Shown here: positions 54,104 through 62,756 of the stretch, piece after piece
Layout: every line of letters starts with the position of its first letter
Numbering within the stretch: position 1 is the first letter of the stretch
DNA from: Poseidonia sp.
Lineage (GTDB): Archaea > Thermoplasmatota > Poseidoniia > Poseidoniales > Poseidoniaceae
Direction: 5' to 3'
DNA length: 64,000 nucleotides
Assembly (NCBI GenBank): GCA_016778305.1
Contig: JADHPT010000002.1
Span: forward strand, 94,610 to 158,609
Notes under the pieces: generated by a model
Told to the model about the DNA's origin: nothing
The model's input: the letters and a program-made list of their open reading frames with translations, nothing else
Database searches by the model: none
Made by a program: the position numbers and the translations under genes

Positions 54104-55861
54104 TCAGTCATCATCAGACTGTCCGTCCATGAGAGCGTCAAGGTCAGGTGCACCTGGTAACATAGCATCCTCTTCTGTCGTTTCAGTGGCGGCTTCATCC
54201 AGATCAATGTCCTCATCTTTTGTCTTTGAGGATGCACCTTCTTCTGCCAAACGAATTTCTTCTTCAATCTCTTTTCGACGTGCTTCTCGCTCTTCAGGCG
54301 AGGGTAAGGTGAATTCTGCCACCATCATGATGGGGTCGCCACTTGACAGTTCGCTTGTGTACTCGAGGAGGTCATTGCCGGCGTTGACAATCACTTGGAA
54401 CTTCGTAGGATCCTTGCTGCGTCGCTTGTTGTGCTTCTTGTAATAGTGAACGTAGACTTGGTATTTTCCTGCGGGTGCCTTCCCGTCTTGCCAGAATACG
54501 TTTTCAACTGGCTTGCGGGTTTCTGCACGAACGTTTGCATCAACGTCAAGTTCTCCACCGCAAGCAGAGGTTTTGTTACCACCGTGAATTCGCTCTCCTG
54601 ACGGGCACACAATGTGCAGGTCAAGATCATTGTAGTTATTCCACATCAATGAGACTTGAACGTCGGAAGAAGAAGCCCCCTCACGTTCAAGACGTGCCTT
54701 GAGCTCAGACATGGCGCGTTGTGCTGCTTCTCGTGACTCGAGCATTTCTTGCTCCCTTGCAGCTTCGATTTCAGCAACACGTTCTTGTTCAGCAGCAGCA
54801 ATGTCTGCTTGGCGTTGTTCTTCAATCTCGGATATTTTTTCATCGACTTCTGGCACATCAACACCAGCAGCACGTAGTTCTTCAGCAAGTTCTTTTCGAC
54901 GAGCTGCTCGTTCTTCTGGAGATGGAAGGGTAAATTCTGCTACCAGCATGATTGAATCCCCGAGGGAAAGTTCGCCGTTGTACTCGAGCAGATCGCCTCC
55001 TTGATTGACGATCACTTGGAACTTTGTCGGGTCACGACTTCGTCGCTTCTTATGCTTCTTGTAGTAGTGAACATACACCTGGTATTTCCCAGCAGGTGCC
55101 TTTCCATCTTCCCAGAACACGTTTTCAACTGGCTTACGAGTTTCAGCACGAACGTTGGCGTCAACGTCGAGTTCTCCACCGCAAGCAGAGGTTTTGTTAC
55201 CACCGTGAATTCGTTCTCCGGAGGGACAAACCACATGCAGGTCAAGATCGTTGTAATTATTCCACATCAGTGAAATCTGAACGTCTGAGGAAGACGCTCC
55301 TTCACGCTCAAGGCGAGCCTTGAGTTCAGCCATGGCTCGTTGTGCTGCTTCTCGTGACTCGAGCATTTCTTCTTCCCGTGCCGCTTCAATTTCAGCAAGA
55401 CGGGCTTCTTCTGCTTCTGCAAGTTCCGATTGGCGAGTGGATTCCCGCTCAGCTGCAAGACGAGCCTCCTCAATATCTCGTTCACGTGCCCTGCGTTCCA
55501 TTTCTTCATCTTCAAGACGTTGGGCTTCTTCGGCTTGGCGTCGTTGAGCATCCAATTCCTGCTGACGACGGTTTTCTTCGTCGTCATTTTTGGCATCACG
55601 GCTTTGATTGAATCGGTCTTCTGCGAGTTGACGGTCACCATGGTTTTGTTGTCGCAGCATGTCTTGGACGTTTGCGAGTTTACGATCAAGATTCTTTTTG
55701 GCTTTACCAAAACCCATTCCAGATTGTTGACTCATCAGGCCTTCTGCCTTCATGCCGGATTGAATATTAACTTGAGCTTCTCGTCGCATGACGATAAACA
55801 TCAAGCCGAGAGCAAAGGCTCCTCCAAGGACAATCGTCACGATGTAGTCTTCGAGCGCCAT
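54104..55861 (-). CDS. membrane-anchored coiled-coil protein with two tandem DUF2135/YfaP-like beta modules
   Basis: An N-terminal TM (IVTIVLGGAFALGLMFIVM) is followed by an E/R/Q/A-rich coiled coil and then two copies of SLMWNNYNDLDLH(V/I)VCPSGERIHGGNKTSACGGELDVDAN...GKYQVYVHYY. The tail is acidic. ATG 55861 is preferred; the ORF-track start 55906 is GTG. Confidence 0.75.
   Translation of the reverse strand: MALEDYIVTIVLGGAFALGLMFIVMRREAQVNIQSGMKAEGLMSQQSGMGFGKAKKNLDRKLANVQDMLRQQNHGDRQLAEDRFNQSRDAKNDDEENRRQQELDAQRRQAEEAQRLEDEEMERRARERDIEEARLAAERESTRQSELAEAEEARLAEIEAAREEEMLESREAAQRAMAELKARLEREGASSSDVQISLMWNNYNDLDLHVVCPSGERIHGGNKTSACGGELDVDANVRAETRKPVENVFWEDGKAPAGKYQVYVHYYKKHKKRRSRDPTKFQVIVNQGGDLLEYNGELSLGDSIMLVAEFTLPSPEERAARRKELAEELRAAGVDVPEVDEKISEIEEQRQADIAAAEQERVAEIEAAREQEMLESREAAQRAMSELKARLEREGASSSDVQVSLMWNNYNDLDLHIVCPSGERIHGGNKTSACGGELDVDANVRAETRKPVENVFWQDGKAPAGKYQVYVHYYKKHNKRRSKDPTKFQVIVNAGNDLLEYTSELSSGDPIMMVAEFTLPSPEEREARRKEIEEEIRLAEEGASSKTKDEDIDLDEAATETTEEDAMLPGAPDLDALMDGQSDDD
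54269..55396 (-). repeat. intragenic tandem duplication, two 507-nt units with 621-nt period
   Basis: Unit 1 spans 54890-55396 and unit 2 spans 54269-54775. The encoded 169-aa units are 154/169 identical by hand count. A 210-nt stretch (54571.. vs 55191..) is 179/210 identical by hand count. Confidence 0.9.
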
Positions 55862-55963
55862 ACAGGTCGGGGATGGAGAACTACCTCTTGAATCATGCGT
55901 TAGCACATTCTGTATCGGTTAACTGAGCGGAACAATAAGATAGGGTGCCTTTGATGATTGAAC

Positions 55964-56599
55964 ATGCGAGAAGTAACGTTGACGTGGTCGAGGGAAGCCC
56001 TCGGTACGACATCATTCTCACAATTGGATGAAACAGTTCAAAAATTGAGCATTATGGGACATTTGAACATCACCAGAGATGGTGTCAGACAAATTGCGAT
56101 GCCAGTTTATCGAGACGGAAAGAGTTCGGCGGATATGGAAGCGATTGATTTCATCACCGTTGAACAACACCTCAACGAACGGGAAAGTGATGCGCTGGTT
56201 ATTTGGAACGAACACCCACTTGTTTTGCTTGCTTCGGGAACTGAAAATATTCACATCTTGCCACCCTATGAATACGAAGACGGAGCCATCACAGTCACCG
56301 TTCGCGGACTGCCTGACGCTATCTCCACCTTCGTGAACCTCTGCAAAGCTTTTCTACCGCCTAACAAGATTTCAGTCCAAACTATTCAGCAACAGAATGA
56401 GTTATTCAAAGAACTCCTCACCAATCGCCAATACGAATGCATAACACTTGCCTCCCTACACGGTTATTACGAGTCGGAACGAAAGGTCACCATACAAGGA
56501 CTAGCCGAAGTCATGGGCATTGCTCGCTCAACCTTCCAAGAGCACCTTCAAGCGGCTGAAGAGGCTATTTTGCGATGGTCGAGTGAACAACTTCGATGA
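55964..56599 (+). CDS. HTH_10 (bacterio-opsin-activator-type) DNA-binding protein
   Basis: C-terminal LTNRQYECITLASLHGYYESERKVTIQGLAEVMGIARSTFQEHLQAAEEAIL is the Bat-type HTH_10 module. ATG at 55964; the ORF-track start 55958 is TTG. Confidence 0.8.
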   Translation: MREVTLTWSREALGTTSFSQLDETVQKLSIMGHLNITRDGVRQIAMPVYRDGKSSADMEAIDFITVEQHLNERESDALVIWNEHPLVLLASGTENIHILPPYEYEDGAITVTVRGLPDAISTFVNLCKAFLPPNKISVQTIQQQNELFKELLTNRQYECITLASLHGYYESERKVTIQGLAEVMGIARSTFQEHLQAAEEAILRWSSEQLR

Positions 56600-56646
56600 T
56601 TGTGAAGAAACAAACCTTTGATGAAGAGGGGAGTCTGCGTTAAATC

Positions 56647-57444
56647 ATGGACAAAGCCTCTCGGCTTGAGAAAATCCTGCCCAACGGCCGTGGAGTTTGG
56701 ATTCCAATCGACCACGGTGCATCCGATTATCCAACTGAAGGGCTTGTCGATCTAGAAGGGACCATCAAGGCACTCATTCGTGCAGAGGTTGATGTAATAT
56801 TGGCGCAAAAAGGCGTTGTGAGCCATTTCAGCCATCTTTGTGAGGGCACGAATACCTCAATGGTGATTCACTATTCTGTTTCGACACGCCACGGTGGCCC
56901 ACAGTCTGACAATAAGATACTTGTCGGGCACGCTGATGAAACACTTTCACGCGGAGGAATCGGAGTCTCCAGCCAAATCAACCTTGGGAGTCGTTGGGAG
57001 CCTGAGATGGTCGAACGCATGGGAGAATTAAACCGACAAGCCCACAAACTTGGACTGCCATCCTTTGGCATGGTATACGCCAGAGGAGAACATCTCATTC
57101 CCCAAGAAGATGACTTGACCGGAGGTCAGGCACATGGGGTACGTCTCGCATTTGAGTTAGGTTGCGATGCAGCGAAGTCTGTTTGGACCGGAGACTACGA
57201 AAGTTTCCAGCAAGTTGCTCATGCTGCACCAATCCCCGTGCTTGTCGCTGGTGGCCCTGCATCTGGAAAAGCAAAGGAAGTATTGGATTTAATCCGCCAA
57301 GCCCTTGATGCAGGTGCACGTGGGATTTGTATGGGCAGGCAAATCTTCGGCCATCCACAAATCGAAGGACTCGCACGGGCCGTTGTCATGCTCGTTCACA
57401 AGAATGCAACTGTTGAAGAAGCGATGCTTGAACACAACCTTTGA
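56647..57444 (+). CDS. aroA': 2-amino-3,7-dideoxy-D-threo-hept-6-ulosonate (ADH) synthase, DhnA-type class I aldolase family
   Basis: The protein is colinear with MJ0400-type enzymes (VWIPIDHGASD, GIGVSSQINLGS, LGCDAAKSVWTG with the Schiff-base Lys, PVLVAGGP, GICMGRQIFGH). Assignment as ADH synthase rather than FBP aldolase rests on the adjacent DHQ synthase II gene. Confidence 0.8.
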   Translation: MDKASRLEKILPNGRGVWIPIDHGASDYPTEGLVDLEGTIKALIRAEVDVILAQKGVVSHFSHLCEGTNTSMVIHYSVSTRHGGPQSDNKILVGHADETLSRGGIGVSSQINLGSRWEPEMVERMGELNRQAHKLGLPSFGMVYARGEHLIPQEDDLTGGQAHGVRLAFELGCDAAKSVWTGDYESFQQVAHAAPIPVLVAGGPASGKAKEVLDLIRQALDAGARGICMGRQIFGHPQIEGLARAVVMLVHKNATVEEAMLEHNL

Positions 57445-57453
57445 GGGATTTTC

Positions 57454-58485
57454 ATGGAATTGTGGCTCCGAGATGACGGAACAGCAGACCATGATTCGAC
57501 TGAAGGCATTGACCGATATTGGAGAAAGAACGTGGAGAAAGAACAGGATCTCTGCGTCAAAGATGGAAAACTGTACGACATCAACGGGCTGATTGGGGCA
57601 CACATCATCATACGAGACGGTCAAACCCAAAGCGATGGCATCCAATATATTGGCACCGCAGATTGGCTTTTGATCGAATGCGAAACATGGTCGATGATCC
57701 CCCTTGAAAATCTCATTGCCGCTCGGGAAGGAAGCCACACAAAAATCGCCGCAGTGATCACCTCACCGATTCAAGCACAAGGGGCTGGATTTGCACTTCA
57801 GCAAGGAGTTGACGCCCTGGTAATGAGCGGTCAACACGAACTCATAGAGGCTGCACTAAGCGTCAAATCTCAACGCTATGAAACACCTCCAACTTCAGTA
57901 CTTGCCACCGAGGGTAGTGGCCATGAAACACTTTCTCATTTGGAGGTGGTGCGGGTCGAGAACGCCGGCCTCGGTGACCGCTTCTGCCTCGATTTCCTCT
58001 CATTGCTCCATCAAAACGAAGGGGTGCTCGTCGGTTCAAGTTCCGATACCCTGGTGTTGGTTCATTCGGAAACTGTGCCATCCACATTTGTTCCAACAAG
58101 ACCGTTTCGAGTGAACGCTGGTTCCCCCCACGCTTACATTTTGATGGCGGATCGAACGACGAGATACCTCAGCGAACTGGTTGCTGGTGATGTCGTTCAA
58201 GCAGTCAACGTAAAAGGAGAAACTCGAGATATCATCCTTGGACGTATCAAAATAGAACAACGACCTATGCTCAAAATATCATGTATCGCAATCAACATCG
58301 ATAGCAGGAAGAATAAAAAAGTCCATGTATTCCTACAACAAGCAGAAACAGTACGACTTATCGATTCCGAAGGGGCGGTCAAATCCGTAACTGAACTCAA
58401 CGCCGGAGATGTGGTGATGGGACGGCACGGGTCCGAAGCGCGCCATCTCGGTGTCGCTATTTCCAGTGCTGTTGAGGAGCGATGA
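57454..58485 (+). CDS. aroB': 3-dehydroquinate synthase II (archaeal type)
   Basis: RPFRVNAGSPHAYILMADRTTRYLSELVAGDVVQAVNVKGETRDIILGRIKIEQRPMLKI matches the conserved C-terminal block of the MJ1249 family. GAGGG lies upstream of the ATG. Confidence 0.85.
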   Translation: MELWLRDDGTADHDSTEGIDRYWRKNVEKEQDLCVKDGKLYDINGLIGAHIIIRDGQTQSDGIQYIGTADWLLIECETWSMIPLENLIAAREGSHTKIAAVITSPIQAQGAGFALQQGVDALVMSGQHELIEAALSVKSQRYETPPTSVLATEGSGHETLSHLEVVRVENAGLGDRFCLDFLSLLHQNEGVLVGSSSDTLVLVHSETVPSTFVPTRPFRVNAGSPHAYILMADRTTRYLSELVAGDVVQAVNVKGETRDIILGRIKIEQRPMLKISCIAINIDSRKNKKVHVFLQQAETVRLIDSEGAVKSVTELNAGDVVMGRHGSEARHLGVAISSAVEER

Positions 58486-58489
58486 AGGC

Positions 58490-59383
58490 ATGGCAGTACT
58501 CGGGAAAGGTTCAGCGCATGGTGCGTGTAGCCTTCTCCATGCTGCTGCTCTTGGATATGGGGCGAGCATCGCTCTGAACCTTCCGATCACCGTTCGGTTA
58601 CTTGACAGGCCCAGCAAGCGCGAAGTCACCGATAGTGACTCCCTGCTCGATACCGTTCTCGATGTTTGGCTTGAGGCAACCCATCCACTACCTGAATCGT
58701 ATGAAAAAGATGAGCTCCATTGGGGTGTGAACTCAAAGATTCCAATCAAACAGGGTCTCAAATCATCTGCTGCAACGAGTATTGCTGCACTTCGTGCACT
58801 CTGTGATGCAACCGAGACCCAACTCGAACCAGCGGACCTCGTCGCCCTATCTGCCCGAGCACAATTGAATGCGGGTGTTTCCCTAACAGGGTCAATCGAT
58901 GATGCATGGGCTTGTGCAACCAAGGGGTGGAAGTTAATTGACGTTCAAGCACCCATCGCAGAGGGCGTTTTGCTGACTGGCGAGGGTCCCAAGAGTGATG
59001 ATTGGACGATTTTACTCGTCCTACGTGGTGAACGTGAACAACAGCCCGTGTTGGAAGATTTTGCTCCACATCTTCGACCTTATCAACAAGCCCTCAACGC
59101 ACTGCAAGACGGAAACGAATTGGTTGCAATTACATGGAACGGCCGTGGAACAGTCGCAGCATTGCGTGATATTCAAGGTCGAAAGATGAGCAATGATTCA
59201 TTCATGAACAGCGCTCGCTCTGCTGGTATTTCGGGTTCTGGCCCTGCCCTTGTCGTCATCGTTCCCCGTCATGAAACACCAACGATTGAGCGACTCAAGA
59301 AATGGTATACTACGCACTACAAGGACATCGAAATCATTGAAACTTCATTTTTATCCGATGAAACAGATGACGAATTGGAGTGA
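58490..59383 (+). CDS. aroK: shikimate kinase, archaeal GHMP-kinase type
   Basis: GKGSAHGACSLLHAAALGYGASIAL and IPIKQGLKSSAATSIAALRAL (GHMP motif II). ATG 58490 lies 4 nt after the upstream stop. Confidence 0.85.
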   Translation: MAVLGKGSAHGACSLLHAAALGYGASIALNLPITVRLLDRPSKREVTDSDSLLDTVLDVWLEATHPLPESYEKDELHWGVNSKIPIKQGLKSSAATSIAALRALCDATETQLEPADLVALSARAQLNAGVSLTGSIDDAWACATKGWKLIDVQAPIAEGVLLTGEGPKSDDWTILLVLRGEREQQPVLEDFAPHLRPYQQALNALQDGNELVAITWNGRGTVAALRDIQGRKMSNDSFMNSARSAGISGSGPALVVIVPRHETPTIERLKKWYTTHYKDIEIIETSFLSDETDDELE

Positions 59384-60507
59384 ACACCTTCTTGAAGGCC
59401 GGAGATTTCGGCCAATTGAGCATCATGCACATGCATTTGGGCGAGTCGTTGCAGGTACACCTGTTCGGATCCAGCCATGGCCCCTTCGTTGGTGCAACGC
59501 TTACCGGTATGCCAAAGGGTATCCTGCGTCATGATGATGTTATTCAAGAAGCCATGACCATGCGTCGCCCTGGCGGAACGTATAGCAGCAAGCGAAACGA
59601 AGTCGATGATGTCCTGTGGCTTTCTGGTTTTGAAAACGGTATCACCACTGGCCAGGTCATTGAGTGCCGAATCATGAATAACGATGTTCGTTCAAAGGAT
59701 TACAGTTTCTTGCCCGACCACCCCCGCCCAGGCCACCAAGACATGGTCATGATGAAGCGGACCAAAGGAGAAGCGGACCTACGAGGTGGAGGTACGTCCA
59801 GTGCACGAATGACTGCTCCTCTCGTCGCTTTGGCAGCACTCATCAAACCTTGGCTTGGCCTGAAAGGTGTCAATGTCGAAGCGCATGTTGGAGCCATTGG
59901 AACCATAGAAGCGATGCCCATGTCCGAATCTCCACCTCGCTGGGCCAATGAAACCTGCAAAGAATTACGCTGCAGAGACCCAGATGCAGCTCTCAAAATG
60001 GCAGAACTCATCACTCTGTCCAGAAAGCAACGGGATTCCATCGGTTCAAGGGTTGACCTCTGTTTGAATGGACTCCCCCTTGGCGTTGGTGAACCATGGT
60101 TTGACGGACTAGAACCTGCACTTGCACGGGCCATGATGTCGATTCCAGCAGCTCGTGGCGTTGAATTTGGGCGTGGATTTGGAGTCCAAACGATGCGAGG
60201 CAGTGAACATAACAGCCCCTGGGGGGGTACTGCCGAACTTCCAATTCTTGAGGGCGAACGCCCAGACGGTGCGTTGGCGGGCTTGACAACGGGTTCACCA
60301 GTTCATGTTCGAGTTGCCTTCAAGCCACCTTCAAGCATCCCTCAAGAACAAGTCACATTGAATCTCAAAACCAACGAAAAGGAAGCGCTTATTGTGAAGG
60401 GACGACATGATCCTGTTCTTGCTCCTCGCGCGGTCGCCGTAGTGGAAGCCATGGCCACACTGGTGCTTGGTGACCTCATGCAACGTGGAGGTTTTATCGA
60501 TGAATGA
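59380..60507 (+). CDS. aroC: chorismate synthase
   Basis: (M)NTF...GESLQVHLFGSSHGPFVGATLTGMPKGI, DHPRPGHQDMVMMKR, GGGTSSARMTA, and RHDPVLAPRAVAVVEAM. GTG 59380 overlaps the aroK stop (GTGA). ATG 59425 is an alternative. Confidence 0.9.
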   Translation: MNTFLKAGDFGQLSIMHMHLGESLQVHLFGSSHGPFVGATLTGMPKGILRHDDVIQEAMTMRRPGGTYSSKRNEVDDVLWLSGFENGITTGQVIECRIMNNDVRSKDYSFLPDHPRPGHQDMVMMKRTKGEADLRGGGTSSARMTAPLVALAALIKPWLGLKGVNVEAHVGAIGTIEAMPMSESPPRWANETCKELRCRDPDAALKMAELITLSRKQRDSIGSRVDLCLNGLPLGVGEPWFDGLEPALARAMMSIPAARGVEFGRGFGVQTMRGSEHNSPWGGTAELPILEGERPDGALAGLTTGSPVHVRVAFKPPSSIPQEQVTLNLKTNEKEALIVKGRHDPVLAPRAVAVVEAMATLVLGDLMQRGGFIDE

Positions 60508-61810
60508 ATACCCTGAAATCCATAAATTCGGAGGTTCCTGCCTGCGTGACTCAAGTGATTTGGATAAAATTGCAGAAGTCGTTTTCAATATGGAAGGTCC
60601 CATTGTGGTGGTCGTCTCCGCATTTTGGGGCACGACCGACCGTTTGATGCGAGCTGCAAAGGAACCCAGGTATGCGGGCCGTCTCGTCAATGATTTGGAG
60701 AGTCAACATCTTCGCTTTGCTCCATCCCTTCCCGATTCTGACCTCTATCCGGTCTTTCAAAAAGTGCTCAAGGGAATCGAAGATTCCTTGGATGAACTCG
60801 CTGAAGACAAACCCAACCCGCAGGCATACAATTGTCTGCTTGCCTCAGGTGAACGCCTTTCAGCCTTGGTCGTGGCACATGCATTGAACATGCACGGTCT
60901 TGAAGCACACCCTGTCGGAGCAGAAGACATTGGCCTCCACCTCAACGGAGTCAACACAGCCAATAGCGTGGATTTGATTAAGTCAAAGAAGAACCTGGAT
61001 CGTAAGGCCCTGTATGGAATCCCAATTGTAACAGGGTGGTTTGGCGAAGGGGATGACGGTAATATTGCACTCCTGAGTCGAGGTGGAAGCGATCATACTG
61101 CCACGGCTTTGGCAGCGTTGCTGAATGCAAAGCGTGTGGTCTTGTGGAAGGATGTGATTGGTATCTACCCGGTGAATCCACGCTGGGGAATTCAATCTGC
61201 AGCCATCCCATACCTCGGCTACGGAGAGGCAATGGATTTCGCAAGCACTGATGCCACCATCATCCACCCTGCTACAGTTGAACCCATCTACTCCCTCGGC
61301 ATACCTGTCGAAATTCGACATCTCCACCGATACAGCACAACACATTCTGGTACAGTTATTGGGCCAGACATCGAGGATGATACCACCATCAAAGGTATTG
61401 CCTGTGTGCCAAAAGTGGTTTCAGTTGATATGGATGTTCAATACATTCCCAACACCGCCACTGCACTTTCAGAGGTTCTCAGCAATCTCGAAGAAGCCAA
61501 CATCCGGATTTGTTCCTTCGAAGCGACGCCGACACGTTGGCGCTTTGTCATCCCCCAACACGAGATTCATCGCTGCCTTCAACTGCTCGAGAAACGCTAT
61601 ACAGAAATCAATCACACCTACTACGCCGCAATGCTTTCCTTCATCGGTAGCGCTGCAGCAGAGCACATGCGTTTGAGTATGGCAAAGGGGTCATGGTCTA
61701 ACGATATCATTGAGGCCCGAAAAGGAGCGCCACATTTCCTAACACAGCGTCAAGATCTTTCCAAATTGATGGAAGAAATGATGAGTGCGTTGTCAATTGG
61801 TACCAAGTGA
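60500..61810 (+). CDS. ask: aspartate kinase
   Basis: IHKFGGSCLRDSSDLDKIAEVV, VVVVSAFWGTTDRL, LLSRGGSDHTATALAALL, and C-terminal ACT-like repeats. ATG 60500 overlaps the aroC stop by 8 nt (ATGAATGA). Confidence 0.88.
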   Translation: MNEYPEIHKFGGSCLRDSSDLDKIAEVVFNMEGPIVVVVSAFWGTTDRLMRAAKEPRYAGRLVNDLESQHLRFAPSLPDSDLYPVFQKVLKGIEDSLDELAEDKPNPQAYNCLLASGERLSALVVAHALNMHGLEAHPVGAEDIGLHLNGVNTANSVDLIKSKKNLDRKALYGIPIVTGWFGEGDDGNIALLSRGGSDHTATALAALLNAKRVVLWKDVIGIYPVNPRWGIQSAAIPYLGYGEAMDFASTDATIIHPATVEPIYSLGIPVEIRHLHRYSTTHSGTVIGPDIEDDTTIKGIACVPKVVSVDMDVQYIPNTATALSEVLSNLEEANIRICSFEATPTRWRFVIPQHEIHRCLQLLEKRYTEINHTYYAAMLSFIGSAAAEHMRLSMAKGSWSNDIIEARKGAPHFLTQRQDLSKLMEEMMSALSIGTK

Positions 61811-61821
61811 GTCGTTTTGAC

Positions 61822-62745
61822 TCACTCTGCTTGCTTCTCACGGAAGCGTTGCAGGTGTGTTGGAAGGTTCAGCCCGAAGAGGATGCCAACGGTGATGAAC
61901 ACAAAGAGCGTACCCAATGCTACTCCATAAACTGAGGTCAATTCTACAGATTCCTCCATTCGAAGGGATGTATCACTTGAAAAGATGCCAACTATCCTTG
62001 GCAGAATGGTATTCGCAGAGAGAACAAACCAGGCAAGAAGCGTCGCAATAATGGGGTTAATCACCAAGGAGCGATGATATTTGGACACAATTTTCTTTGG
62101 ATTCATCACGTAGACTTCGTTGGTGCGTATGCTGGTATCAAGCATTGAGTAGCGAATGACACCGTTGCTCAGTTCAAAATACATGATCAAAAGGACGGAG
62201 TAAACAACCACCAAGATGGCGAGCACGAAAGGATTGTCTTGGGGTAGGATATTATCGTTGGCAAGTGATGTCTTTGAAGAAGCAAAGCGCAAAATTGCGA
62301 GAATGAACAGGACGTTGCTTCCAAGAGAATAGCGTGCATCTCGCTTGAAGGTACCAATGAAGCCACAGACCGTTGCGCCACTGATAATCACCAATTGCAT
62401 AATGTTAGCGAAACCAAGACTGCCGAAGAGGATGTACCACATCGTTCCGTCAGGTGGCGAGATAAGGTAGGTGAGGAAAGCGAGGGCAACCAAAACACCG
62501 TAAACGGCAATCTGGAGGTTTTGGACCATCTTATCGGGAGGCAGGAATTTCATTTTTGGGACGAGAGGTCCACCGAGAAGGCTTTCGATGAAGGAAGGGA
62601 TTTCCACCGTTGGAATGGCGTCTTGAGGGATAGCGCTCCCAGAGCCAACTTGACCAGCAGCCTTCTTTCTTGATGGGGCGGCTGATCGCACGCTCTTACC
62701 GTCGTAAAGGTGGGATGTGTCGGATGATGGCTTATTGATGGTCAT
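61822..62745 (-). CDS. hypothetical polytopic membrane protein
   Basis: Six or more hydrophobic helices follow a polar ~70-aa N-terminus. The gene is 11 nt downstream of the DUF58 gene on the same strand. No family recognised. Confidence 0.6.
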   Translation of the reverse strand: MTINKPSSDTSHLYDGKSVRSAAPSRKKAAGQVGSGSAIPQDAIPTVEIPSFIESLLGGPLVPKMKFLPPDKMVQNLQIAVYGVLVALAFLTYLISPPDGTMWYILFGSLGFANIMQLVIISGATVCGFIGTFKRDARYSLGSNVLFILAILRFASSKTSLANDNILPQDNPFVLAILVVVYSVLLIMYFELSNGVIRYSMLDTSIRTNEVYVMNPKKIVSKYHRSLVINPIIATLLAWFVLSANTILPRIVGIFSSDTSLRMEESVELTSVYGVALGTLFVFITVGILFGLNLPTHLQRFREKQAE

Positions 62746-62756
62746 CGTTATTCACC

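Noticed and set aside
54269-55396. A regularly spaced ~620-bp repeat as a CRISPR or other non-coding array.
   Set aside because: There are only two copies. They are much longer than CRISPR repeats and lie in frame within a single long ORF that encodes a duplicated protein module.
58333-58923. A 196-aa minus-strand ORF.
   Set aside because: It is antisense to the 3' end of the DHQ synthase II gene and to the shikimate kinase gene, both of which have clear family motifs. Its translation is Ser/Ala/Arg-rich with no motif.
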